Assembly (NCBI GenBank): GCA_000004695.1
Contig: CM000153.2
Coordinates: 1,152,001-1,216,000, forward strand
Direction of reading: 5' to 3'
Source of the DNA: Dictyostelium discoideum
Lineage: Eukaryota
Length of the DNA: 64,000 nucleotides
Below, piece after piece: positions 42,930-55,300 of the stretch. The notes under the pieces are model-generated. The model saw only the letters and a program-made list of their open reading frames with translations. It searched no databases and was not told the DNA's origin. Position numbers and translations under genes: made by a program. Position 1 is the stretch's first letter. Every line of letters starts with the position of its first letter.

Positions 42930-43271
42930 TTACAATTTTGATAATTTAATATAATTGTTTCTACGATTTTGATAAATCGTTTTTTCTATAAGATCAATTA
43001 TTTTTAAATTTTTAATTTGAGATATATTAAAGTTATTATAATTTGAAAATAAATATATTTTAATTTTTTCAGCACTTTCGTCACTTATTTTATATTGATC
43101 CAATGTTTTATCTAATATCAATGCACAGGTTTCTATATCTAATTCCTTTGAAATTAAATTAATAATATCATTTTTAATTTCCTTATTATTTTTTTTATTT
43201 ATTTGATTGTTGGTTTTTATATTTTTTTTATTAATAAATAAAGTATTAATGGAATTTAATGAAGAAATCAT
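42930..43271 (-). CDS. hypothetical small N/K/I-rich protein (113 aa), possibly spurious
   Basis: It is an intact 113-codon ORF, MISSLNSINTLFINKK...DIINLISKELDIETCALILDKTLDQYKISDESAEKIKIYLF...*, just upstream of uba3 on the same strand. A stop-free run of this length is unusual in such A+T-rich DNA, but no homology was recognised. Confidence 0.25.
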   Translation of the reverse strand: MISSLNSINTLFINKKNIKTNNQINKKNNKEIKNDIINLISKELDIETCALILDKTLDQYKISDESAEKIKIYLFSNYNNFNISQIKNLKIIDLIEKTIYQNRRNNYIKLSKL

Positions 43272-43556
43272 TATATATATTTATATAGAAATATATTTTT
43301 TTTTAACTTTTAATTTTTAAAAACAATGGCAAATATTTGAATAATATTTCTTTTTTTTTTTTTTTTTTTTTTTATCATTTAATTTAATTTAATTTTAAAA
43401 TAATTAATTCAAATAATAAAAAAAAAAACAAATTATCTTTAAAAACTCAATAATATTTTTTAATACATTAATACATGTATTATAATAATTTAAACTTGTA
43501 TAAATTAGACACATAATGAAAAAGGATAAAATTAATAGGATATGAAAATAAATTAG

Positions 43557-43562
<6 letters not shown>

Positions 43563-43635
<73 letters not shown>

Positions 43636-43830
43636 TTTTTGGGGGGGGAAAAAAAAAAAATCCCCGGGGGGAAATTTTAATTAAAAAAAAAAAGTCCTTT
43701 TTTAAGGGGAAAAAAAAAAAAACCGGGGTAAACCCCCCAAAAGGGAAAAAGGGTTAAATTTTTTTTTTTTTTTTTTTTTTTTTTCCAGGTTTTTAGTTTT
43801 CCCCAATTCCTTTTTTTTTTTTTTTTTGTT
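43563..43830. other. anomalous block of alternating long homopolymers including poly-G and poly-C (a60, t9, g8, a12, t, c4, g6, ...); likely sequencing/assembly artefact or unclonable region
   Basis: The sequence aaaa...ttttttttt ggggggggaaaaaaaaaaaatccccggggggaaattttaattaaaaaaaaaaagtccttttttaaggggaaaaaaaaaaaaaccggggtaaaccccccaaaagggaaaaagggttaaattttt looks as if every base has been stretched into a run. G and C runs of 4-8 are essentially absent from the rest of the window. Confidence 0.6.
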
Positions 43831-43916
43831 TTTTTTTTTTTTTCTTTTCAATTTATCTGTTAATAATTATTATCTCTATTATCCATTGTGTTTTTTATAT
43901 GTATTTTTAAATAAAA

Positions 43917-43973
43917 ATGAATAGTTTATCTCAAGGGAAATTTATATCCTTAATAAAAAAAAACAAATGGTAA

Positions 43974-44004
<31 letters not shown>

Positions 44005-45356
44005 AATAATTAAATAAAATTACACAACAATTAAAAAAAATACTAATTATTCTTTTTTTTATTTTTTTATTTATTAGGACAATATTTGAAAATGACCTTA
44101 ATATAATTCGTTGTGGTTCAACAATATCAGAATTATGTACAAGTTTTAAATTTAATTCTTGTTTGAATATTATTATTCATGAAACTGTAAATACAAATAT
44201 TGTAACACCAAAAGTTTTACAAAATCCAAACAATAAAGTATTCACAGAGAATGATAATGCTGGACCTTCTTTTATTATCGCATATTATGAAGGACCAAAT
44301 TGTAAACCATTAGAGAAACAACAATTTCATGATTCTTTTTTAAATTTAATTAAAATGTTATCTGTAAGTATTTTATTTTATTTAATTTTATTTTTAATTT
44401 TCAAAACTATATTTGATATTAACTTTTTTAAAATATTTAATTAATTCATTTCCATTTTCATTTTCATTTTCTTTTAATTTTTATTTTTGGAAAAAAAAAA
44501 AAAAAGAAAAAAATAAAAATTAAAAAAGTATTCAACTTTTGTCAACAATATAAACAAGATCAATTATTTGAACAACATTTAAAAAAATATTCATTTAAAT
44601 CATCATTTTTTAATAAAAATCAAAATCAAAATCAACATTGTGAAAATAATATTTCAGATATTATTAATAGAATTGGTGATAAAGAATCAATTGTATTTAA
44701 TTCTCCCAATTCTTATGATTCAATCAGTTTTTCATTATTATCAAATATTGTTGATGTTAAACCATTATTAAAACATGGTAGTATTTTTGTTTATAAAAAG
44801 AATTATAAAGATTTAATTTATGTTTTATTAGAAGAACCAATTTCAAAATCATCTTCTGCAATTCAAAAAATTAAATCAAATTTATTATTTCAATATATTT
44901 ATATATTTTTAACTGTTTGTATCATCTTCCTTTTAAATAATAATAATAATAATAATTATTTAAAATAGTTTATTAACATATATATTTTTTTTCCTTTTCT
45001 TTTTTTTTATTCTTATTCACCAATAGGAAAGTAATAAATTTAATATTGAAGTTATTAAACTAACATCACAATTACAAGTTAATTCATTAGAAGAGATAAT
45101 TTCATCAAATTCATATCATGACGGATACCATTCAATTCAATCACCTGGTGGATTTAGTTTATCAAATAGTTCAATGGGAGGTTGTAGAAGAATATTTAGA
45201 GGTTCTTCATGTTTTTCCGTACCATTGATCTCACCATCTTTATCTCTTAAATCTTCAACTGAAAATTCACCAAATTTAAAGAAACGTGTTTCACCTCATT
45301 CCTATTCACCAATAGTTTCCAAAAATTCAATAAATAATAATAATAATAATAATAAT

Positions 45357-45398
<42 letters not shown>

Positions 45399-46139
45399 GG
45401 AAATAGTATAAATGAAAATAATGAAAATAATAATAATAATGAAGAATACACTTTAACATCACCATCGGCAATTAGTAATATTAATTTAGAAACATTATCA
45501 TCAAATCGACTATCACCAGCTATTTCTTTAAAATCATCTAGATCTTCAAATTATATGTTTACATTACCATTAAGTCCAACAAGTAATACAATTGAGCATG
45601 TTAAAGATAACCAAGGAAATGAAATTACAAAGATTAATCAAGTATCATATATTGAACCTCACATAATGTTTAAAGCATTCCAAGAATTTAATGAAAGAAA
45701 GATTAATTGGTTATTAGTTGGATATGAAGGTAAAAATATGAAATTGGTTGGTAAAGGTGTTAATGGTTTACCAGAATTAAAACAACAATTAAATGAATCA
45801 AAAGCTTATTTCGGTGTTGTTGGTATAACTTTCTCTGATTCAAGAAATTTTGGAAATAATACAAATACACTAACCTATAAAGGACTTTTTATAGAATGGT
45901 TAGGTAATAATTCATGTACAAGAGAAAGGGCAATGATTGGCAGTCATTCACCTGCTGTCACTTTATTATTTAAACAAAAATCAGCAATTCATTGTGATTT
46001 AAGATGTGATGATATTGATGATTTATCAGAAGATTATGTACTTCAAAAAGTTACAAGTTTTAGACAAGAAATTCAATTCAAAAAAGTTGTCAACTCATTA
46101 ACAACAAGTTCAAATAATTTAATTGAAACTGTTATTTAA
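43917..46139 (+). CDS. ADF-H (actin-depolymerising-factor homology; coactosin/drebrin-like) domain protein with N-terminal region of unknown function; exons 43917..43969, 44078..44363, 44507..(3' boundary unresolved, <=44957), 45027..46139
   Basis: Exon 1 is MNSLSQGKFISLIKKNK with a GTAATT donor in phase 2. Exon 2 follows TTATTAG and reads W/TIFENDLNIIRCGSTISELC...KPLEKQQFHDSFLNLIKMLS with a GTAAGT donor at 44364. An open coding-like frame runs 44507..44957 (KKIKIKKVFNFCQQYK...IGDKESIVFNSPNSYDSISFSLLSNIVDVKPLLKHGSIFVYKKNYKDLIYVLLEEPISK...), but its donor could not be fixed. The last exon follows CAATAG (45026) and reads ESNKFNIEVIKL...poly-N...KINQVSYIEPHIMFKAFQEFNERKINWLLVGYEGKNMKLVGKGVNGLPELKQQLNESKAYFGVVGITF...*, the ADF-H consensus (xWxLxxYEG..xxLxxxGxG.GlxELxxxLxxxKvxYgxvRv). 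Confidence 0.6.
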
Positions 46140-46185
46140 AATTTTTAAAATTTGAAATAAACATTTATTATTTATATATTTTGTT

Positions 46186-46218
<33 letters not shown>

Positions 46219-46221
46219 ATT

Positions 46222-48727
46222 TTATTGAATGATAGAATCAGAATTTGAATCACTACTTTCAGATTCAGAATCTGAATTTTCAATAACTTCATCTTTTTCA
46301 ACTACAACAATGTTTTCTTCTTCTAAAATTGGAGATAGTGTTATCATCATATTATGATATTGTCTTGGTGACATTGGTTCTTCAACTCGTGGTGTAGCTA
46401 ATGAATTAATTGAACGTGGTGTTAAAATTCCATCAGTACGTGGAGTATTTAAATCATTTGTACGTGGAGTACTTAAATCATTTGTACGTGGAGTTATTAA
46501 ATCATTTGTACGAGGAGTTGTTAAATCATTTGTACGAGGAGTTGTTAAATCATTTGTACGAGGAGTTGCAGTTAAAGTACGAGGAGTTGGATTTGGTTGT
46601 TCACTTGATTCTGTATAAGTTGGTTGTTCACTTGGTTCTGTATAAGTTGGATCATCATTATAAGTCATTTCATTTGCAGCTTCAGAATTTGGTTGAACTG
46701 ATTCAATAAAAGTAAAAACATCCATACATTCAATGGTATCACCTTTTGAGGAGGAGGATGATTGTTTACTTTCTTCATCATCATCAGTAAAGTCATAAAG
46801 GAAAAGGTTGACTCTTTTTGGAGCATTTTTAGAACTCTTTTTAGAAATTGAATCTAAATTTGTTGGGTCATTAGTTGTTGAAGATTTATTTTTTCTTTTA
46901 GAAGTTGATGATGAAGATTGTCTAAATATTTCATTTGAACCTTCAGCACCATAAATTTTTAAAGCCCAGAATTTTGGAATGAACATTATTGTAATTATAG
47001 CCGCAACGATGAATATAAAACCTGAGCAAAGTATTTCAGTATTGTGACCAGTTTTTGAAATGGTTAGAGGTGCAATTATTAAAAGACAAAATACAATAGA
47101 ATATAAACTGTAGGCAACTGATTTGGATTCATTAAATTCTTCAATATCGACTATTCTAATTTTCCAAGATACAAAAATACCAATCATTACAATTATTGCA
47201 AAATAACCTAATAAAAAGTATAACGCAATTAAACCACCATCCATCATTTCACATTGTATTTCATATGATGAAAACTTTTCATCATTAGGGAAAACTTTAA
47301 ATGGTGTTAATTTTCCAAGACCTGTAATCAATGATAATAGGAAAACATTTAATAAAAACATTCCAAGTACCCATGGAAGTAATTGAAGATTGGTGATTTT
47401 AATATGATAAAGTTTTGGATTATCAAAAATTAACCAAATTCTAAAATTCTTTACCACAATACCACCAATCATCGTTGTAAGACCTAATGAAATTAACCAA
47501 AATTTTGCATTACATGTGAATACATTTACACCACTAACCCAAATAATTACTCCAATATATACAAATATCCCTCCAATCACTATAAATATTAAAAAAGTTG
47601 GACTTGCTGATTTAAATGATGGTTTATTTTTATATTTAATAATACAAATTTGTATTATAATTAATGCACCAATTAAAATACTTGAAACTATTGTTATACC
47701 ATATTCAATTGTTTTTGAAATTGGTTTCTTTTTATTTTTTAAAAAATTTATTATTAATAAATTATTATTATTGTTTATTATTATAATTAAAATTATTATT
47801 ATTGTTTTTTACTTACAAATAATATATAACCACTTATAATACCTAAATCAATTATACTTTCATTATTTAATTGATTTGTTAAAATTATATTTGTATCATT
47901 TAAAATTTGATTTTCTATCATTGATAAATTTGAATTAATATTATTAATTATTAAATTTGAAATTGATGGGTTAAAAATTAAATTAATATTAAATTGTGAA
48001 TTGGTTGATTCGTTATTATTTGTATTATTATTATTATTTGTATTTGTATTATTAATTAAATTCGAAATTATTGGTAAAATATATAAAGTTAAATTATAAA
48101 CTGAATTAAATAAAACATGATCTTTATTTAATGGTGGTGAAATTAAGAAACCATTGGAACCAATAATTTTTATATTTTGTTTTAAAAGTATATTACAAAA
48201 TGTTAAATATTCATTATTTTCAAATGATGATGAAATTAAATCAACACCATTCTTTAATAATGATGATACTGATAATTCAATAATTTCTTGAAATGGGAAA
48301 TTATTATTTGAAGCATTTTTAAAATCATAATCAATGGTGTAAAACATTAATTTAACCATTGGATTCGATAATCTTGCTCCAAAATAAAATGTATCCAATA
48401 GTGTTTGATCTTGGATTTTATTGGTTTTTAAATATCCTATTATATTCGTTTCACTAATTAATCCAGAAATATATCCACTTAAAAGTGTTGAAATTTTGAA
48501 TGGGTAGTTTATTTCATAAAATTTATTATTATTATTATTATTATTGTTTGTATTACTGATTATATTATCATTTATTATTATTGTTGTTAAATTGTTAAAT
48601 GTTTTCGATATATTATTCGCATTTTCAGAAAATATTGATTTATAAAATATTATTAAATCGATTTTCTCTTCAATAATTATATTATATAGTATATCATTTT
48701 TATTATTTATATTATTACTATTATTAC

Positions 48728-48817
<90 letters not shown>

Positions 48818-49079
48818 TACTATTACTATTATTTAAATTATAAAATTTAATATTATTATTTGGTATTCCAAGATCTAAAGTAATTTTAATTAAATCTTGC
48901 TCAAACATATAGTTTAAACCAAATTTATTTAAATTGTCTAAATACCCATCTACAATTCCTAAAATTTTAAAATCTATAGGATTTAATGAATTTATTATAT
49001 TTATAATATTTAATAAAATAAAAATTAAAAAAAATTTATTTATTTTATTTTTACTATTTATTTTATGGGTGTATAATTT

Positions 49080-49082
<3 letters not shown>
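46222..49082 (-). CDS. family-3 (metabotropic glutamate/GABA-B-like) G-protein-coupled receptor: signal peptide, Venus-flytrap/ANF-receptor-like ectodomain, 7TM, Thr-Pro repeat tail; CDS join(49082..47817,47727..46222)
   Basis: Exon 1 reads MKLYTHKINSKNKINKFFLIFILLNIINIINS, a signal peptide, followed by a roughly 400-aa ligand-binding-domain-like region ending ...GIISGYILF at a GTAAGT donor (47816). Exon 2 follows AAAAAG (47728) and reads KPISKTIEYGITIVSSILIGALIIIQICIIKYKNKPSF...IVIGGIFVYIGVIIWVSG...MFLLNVFLLSLITGL...GLIALYFLLGYFAIIVMIGIFVSW...YSIVFCLLIIAPL...GFIFIVAAIITIMFIPKFWALK (7 TM helices). A cytoplasmic tail follows with 6-7x TPRTNDL repeats and an acidic Ser-rich end. About 924 aa. 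The topology matches the Dictyostelium Grl (GABA-B-like) receptor family; the individual member was not identified. Confidence 0.75.
46437..46560. repeat. 21-nt tandem repeat x6 (aaatcatttgtacgWggagtWNtt) in GPCR 3' coding region, encoding TPRTNDL heptad repeats on the minus strand
   Basis: Direct repeats are visible on the plus strand (gtacgtggagtatttaaatcatttgtacgtggagtacttaaatcattt...). They translate to LTATPRTNDLTTPRTNDLTTPRTNDLITPRTNDLSTPRTNDLNTPRTDGILTPR. Confidence 0.85.
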
Positions 49083-49115
<33 letters not shown>

Positions 49116-49130
49116 CTGAATGATTATTAT

Positions 49131-49247
<117 letters not shown>

Positions 49248-49811
49248 ATTTATTTTATATTATTTTTATTTATTTTTTATTTTATTTTATTATTTTATTT
49301 TTTTATTTATTTCTTTATTTTTTTATTTACTTATTTATTTATTGTATTATTAAATTACTTTGCAACAGTGCAAAATTTTGGGAAAAAAATAAATAAAAAA
49401 CTAAGGGGGTAGGCTTGTGTGTTTTGGAGAATAAATCATGTATTCAGTTTTTAAGTGAAATACAACAATTATTTGTAAAATAAAAAATAATAAAAAAAAA
49501 AAATAAAAAAAATGTGGTAGTGGTAAAAATAGATTATGGTTTTTTTTTTATTTTTTATTAATTTTGTTTTATTTTTTTTTTTTTTTTTATTTATTTAAAT
49601 TTATTGGGTGATTTATTGTACAACTAACTATTAATCTTTGGTTGTCTATTAATTAGCGTAAAATAAAGGTTTCTGATTATATTATTAATTTTTTTTTTAT
49701 TTTTTATTTTTAATTAAACAATTGTTGATGATTTATTAAATTCTAAATTTTATATTATTTCATTATCTAAAATTATTTTTTTTTTTAAATTAAATCATCA
49801 CCAATTTTTCT

Positions 49812-49845
<34 letters not shown>

Positions 49846-50381
49846 CGGAAGGATTTTTTTTATTTTTTAAAAAAAATCTTGAGTTGATTAAAAAAAAAAA
49901 AATTTGTAGAGTGAGATAAAAATAAAAAAAAAAAATGAATATAAAAAAAAAATAAAACCAAAAAAAAAAAAAAAAAAAAATTATATTAAATACATTCACA
50001 TTTGAGAATTTAAATTTAGCGAGTGATTGTATGAAAGATTGTGACAAAGTATGTGTGAGTGTGTTGTTGATTGTTTTTTTTATTGAAAAGAAGTAAAATC
50101 TAAATTAATCACATGTGGGGGTATTTTTGACAACAAATTTTTCAAATTTGAGTGTGATAACTGAAAAAAAAAAAAAAAAAACACATATTCTTTGATTATA
50201 TTTTTTAATAATCATTGTACATCTTTTGGGTTGAGCGAGGCAAAAAAAAAAAAAAAAAAAAAAATTTAATTATCACATTTTAATTGTATTATAATAATAA
50301 AAATGATTAAACATCTTTAAGAAATAATTATGAGTTTTTTTGTAATTTCTAAAAAAAAAATGGTTGGATTAAATCAATTTG

Positions 50382-50415
<34 letters not shown>

Positions 50416-50485
50416 CATGAAAATTTGAAAAAATTTGAAACACTTCACCATCACCCAACAATTGTTTTTAATTAAAAAAAAAAGA

Positions 50486-51661
50486 ATGAAGTCTCTCAAC
50501 AATAAAGTGGGATTCTCAAGTTTAAATATATCAATAGTCTTATTGATTTTAATGATATCTTTGTTGGCCAGATATTTAGTTTCCTTAAATGGTTATTCTG
50601 GTCAATCAAAACCACCCATGTTTGGAGATTATGAAGCACAAAGACATTGGATGGAGATAACAACAAACTTAGATATTCACCAGTGGTACTTTAATTCTAC
50701 AGATAATGATCTCATGTATTGGGGCTTAGATTATCCACCTCTTACTGCATATCTTAGTTGGGTTTTTGGTAAAATGTAATAATAATATAGTATATATATA
50801 ATTATAAAAAATAAATAATATAAAAAAAAAAGAAAAGATTATTTATTAATATTAAAAAAAAAAAATGATAATTATTTTAGTGGAGAATTTATTGAACCAA
50901 AATCAATGGAATTATTTACATCAAGAGGTTATGAAACAGATTCAGGTAAATTATTTATGAGAATGACAGTAATAGTTTCAGATTTATTTATTTGGTTACC
51001 ATCAGTTTGGTTTTTTGTTAAAACATTTTATAAACAAAGAAATATTTCTCAACAAATTTCAGCATTTCTTTTCATTTCATTACAACCTGGTTTGTTATTG
51101 ATTGACCATGGTCATTTCCAATATAATGGTGTTAGTTTAGGTTTAGGATTATTCGCAATCACTTTTATAATTAGGGATCAACAACTTTTAGCAAGTTTCT
51201 TTTTTGTTCTTTCTTTAAATTATAAACAAATGTGTTTATATTATTCACCAGCTTTCTTTTTTTATTTATTATTATCAAATTTTGAATTTACTCTTAAATT
51301 TTCAAAAATGTAAGTACAACAAACAAAAAATGTTAATAAATATTTATTTAGGGATGATTATTAATTTAAAATCATAAATTTATTAGATTTTCATCAATTT
51401 TTAAAATTTTAAAGATTGGAATTGTTGTAATTTTTACATTTATTTTATGTTGGATTCCATTTTTATCAATTGAACAAGCATCTCAAGTTTTGTTTAGATT
51501 ATTCCCATTCGCAAGAGGATTATATGAAGATAAAGTGGCAAATTTTTGGTGTTTTATTTCAATAATAATAAATGTGAAAAATTTATTTACAACTGATCAA
51601 TTAATTAAAATTTGGTAATTATAAATATTTATTAAATATTATTATTGTATAATTAATTAAT

Positions 51662-51694
<33 letters not shown>

Positions 51695-52316
51695 CATTTT
51701 AAAAAGTTTAATTTTAACTTTAGTAACAATGTTACCATTAGTATATGGAATAAAAAGAATACCAAAGAACAAATTTGTATTTATACATTCATTAATTAAT
51801 AGTTCATTTTCATTCTTTTTATTTTCATTTCAAGTTCATGAAAAAACAATTCTATTAGTATCATTACCAATTTCATTATTAATATTACATCATCCAAATA
51901 TGGTTTGGTGGTTTATTTTAATTTCAACATTTAGTATGTTTCCATTACTTTTCAAAGATGGATTAGTAATTCCATATTTTGCAATAATGATATTATACAT
52001 TGTTATTGGTTATCAATTTAAAAATTCAATAACTAGATCAAATAATCAATTCAAACATCAAAACTCTCAAGAAAATCTTTTAGCATCATCAGATAAATCA
52101 TTCTATAGTATTTATTTAAATTATTGGTTTTATTTAAATATTATTGGAATGGTTGTTTGTCATCTTTTGTATCAATTTGCACCACATCCACCTCATTTAC
52201 CAAGTTTATGGTTACTTTTAGTGTGTAATTTTAGTTTTATTCATTTCATATTAACATTTTTTTATTTCATTAAAGAAATGACAACTTTTTCTCCGATTAA
52301 AATAAAAAGTAATTAA
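50486..52316 (+). CDS. alg6: dolichyl-P-Glc:Man9GlcNAc2-PP-dolichol alpha-1,3-glucosyltransferase ALG6; CDS join(50486..50768,50886..51309,51387..51614,51707..52316)
   Basis: Exon 1 reads [95 protein letters not shown] and matches ALG6 ([13 protein letters not shown]...QWYFN...[12 protein letters not shown]). Exon 2 reads [41 protein letters not shown]...[20 protein letters not shown]...[18 protein letters not shown]. Exon 3 reads [56 protein letters not shown]... Exon 4 reads ...[21 protein letters not shown]...[10 protein letters not shown]...*. It is nearly colinear with human ALG6 (HTSRGYESQAHKLFMR, LIDYGHFQYNSVSLG, NYKQMELYHALPFF, LCWLPFF...[39 protein letters not shown]). The exon 2 acceptor (GTGGAG|AA at 50885) is the only phase-compatible AG and is atypical. 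Confidence 0.8.
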
Positions 52317-52397
52317 ATAATGATATATATATATATATTTTTTTTTTTTTTTAATTATTTTTTTATTTATTTATTTATTTTTTTTTATTTTTTTTAA

Positions 52398-55300
52398 TTA
52401 TTTTTTATTTGATTTAACAGATTTATATAATTTTAATAAATATTCATTTGAATCTTTGTTATTTAATAAAACATTTTTTAAGAGACCTTCATCATCAAAG
52501 AATTCCATTTCATCTTGGAATTCTTTTAATTCATTTTCGAAACAATTTAATAATTCTTTAACATCTACCTGAATCTTTGTACAATTTGTTGATAAATGAT
52601 TTTTAGTTTCTTGAATCCAATTTTCTTCGGTACATGAGGATGGTTTAATGATTGAATGGAATTTTGATAACAAAGAGAAGAATATTAACCAAGGACGAGT
52701 GATATCGAAAAGTTTATCTTTTGATGGTTCATCTGGAGAACTTAAACCATTCTTTGTATTAGTGGTGAGATAATCAACAAAAGCATAAGCCAATAGTTTT
52801 GTGAGGTAATTGAATTTTTGATTTTCAAATTCTTTTGGTGAATGTAAAAAGATTGAAACCACTAAAAAGTATGGTACATTATCGGATAGCATTTGATACA
52901 TTGAAGTGATTGCAGTTTCCAATGGTAAAGTTGTGAATTGTGCTAAAGTCTTTTCAAATTGTGGACGTCTTAATTGATTGGCAGAGTTACCTCCAACCAA
53001 CTTTTGATCCAATAAAAACATACCAAGTTGGACAAACATTGGTGCAATTCTAATATTACTTTCTTTGCCACCACCTTTAGAATCGGTACTGAAAGATTCA
53101 TCCTTTGCCAAACGAATCAATAAGAATTTGAGATCATGAGAGAGTATACGGAATTTTGGTCCTTCGACACGAGAGATATTGTTGAGATTAACCCAGAATT
53201 TATCAGAGTAGGGAGTGAATGCATCACTATTCATCTTTGGTGGAAGTACAGGGAAAAGACCATTACATTTGGTTTGTTGATTTCTGAGTGCAGCACCTTC
53301 CCATTCTTCTTTTGGTACCTTCATACTTCTATCTGCTTTGGTTGCATCACGATGACAATTGAAATGAATGAAATTGAAATGAGTTACTGTAGTGAAACCA
53401 TAATATAAAGCACCACCACCACCACCTCCACTACTACTTGGGGAGAGAGAAAGTGAAGCAGCGACATTGGTTGTTGATGATGGTGGACAAGTTGTTTCAC
53501 CCACTGATGTTAATGGAATTCTCTTTGAGAAGGTATAGATACCTAATACATCGGTTGGTTTAAATGAATAACCTTCTCTACAAACCATACAAGTGAAACC
53601 TTCATCATCATCCAAATCTTCAATTGAACCTGGAACAACGTTTGCCATAATATGTTTACCTTGTTGAGCTAAACCCAATTGTTTCAACACATCTTCTCTA
53701 TGTTTTTGAGCATGACTTAATTTTTCCATCTTCGATTCCTTACGAGTATCACTTACAATCTTTGAGGTTTTTTCATTGCCTTCAGCGATTGACTCTAATA
53801 AATTCTCAGCTAAACTTCCAATCTTTGCACTAGTACCAGCTGTTTCTTCAAGTATATGAATTCTTTTGATAAGGTTAGATTCTAGAGTCATATTTTGAGT
53901 TGGTTCATGACCCATTGCTAAACCTTTTAATAATACTAAAACGAATGGTAAAGCTGGTTTCTCCAAAGAGGAAAGCCATTCTTGGCTAGTCTTATCACCA
54001 TTTTCAGGGAAGTAATTTAATAAGTAATCAACCAATGATTTAGTGATACCACGCTTAATAATGATTGAACGAATACTTCTACCATTTGAATCTGGACGAG
54101 TATTTTCCATAAGTTTGGTAAAGAAATCAAGATGATAAACATGATTGGTATCTTTTGATTTTGAATCATCAAACTCTTGGAAATTTAAATATGGTGTGAA
54201 AAAGTCAACGAGATAATCCATAATTTCAGTGTGACCATAGGTAAGGAATGGAATAATTCTTGTGATTGCTTGAATGATCTTTGGATTTGACATTACTTGA
54301 GCACCGTTTAATTTATCTAAAAACATATTCATTTGTTCTTGAGCTTCATTGATATCTTTATGATGTGAGAGTGAGGTAGAAGAATTTGAACCACGAAGAT
54401 AATCACGATTTGCTTCGCTAACTACCGATTCAATGATGACCAATAAATGTTCGGAAAGTTCTGGTTGATGGAAAGCTTGTTTTAATTTCTCCAATAATCT
54501 ACCAACAGTATTGAGTGTAAGTAATTTTTGACGATTAATTTTAATCTTACAACAATGGTAGAGTAATTTAATTACTAATTGTGCCAATTCCTTCTCGATT
54601 GAGAAATCATTGATACGTTCAATCATTGAGATCATTGATTCCAAACCACCGCATTCAGCCATAACACTTGTGATTTCATATTCAACTTCTGGATCCTTTT
54701 CTTCAGAGTTATTATCATTAAGAGTTTCAATGATTTCTTCAGTTGCTTCACCATCTAAACCTTGAAGACGATAAACTACATTCATTGGAATATTGATATC
54801 TGCTGTTCTTAATGCTTGTGGACTCTTTTTCCATACTAATTCGTAAACTTTTTTAATTGGTAAATCCAATTTAATGATCTTATTATCGACTAATAACTCC
54901 ATACCATTATCATCATCTAAGAAACTACCTAAATCTAAAGCTTTACAAATCTTATTCTTTACATCTCTCATGAGTGGACCACCAAAGGTATTGGAAGTAT
55001 ATGGGTTACGATTCATTGAACCTCTAATGTATTCCTCTTGAGATGCAGCTTTAAAGAGTATCAATTGATAGATTGGATCTGGTTTGGTTGGACAAACAAT
55101 ATTACAAAGTTGTTCGAAAATAAATATTGGAGTTCTACCATCCGATTGATATTTAGCCAATGCTTTAATATTAGCAGCCATAAACTTCTTATTGTCTTGA
55201 ACAGATTCATTGTTTAGTGATTTCATCAACTCTTGGAGATAACGTACAGAATCCTCGGTTAACTTATTCTTTTGAACGATAACACCACGAAGTGATAAGA

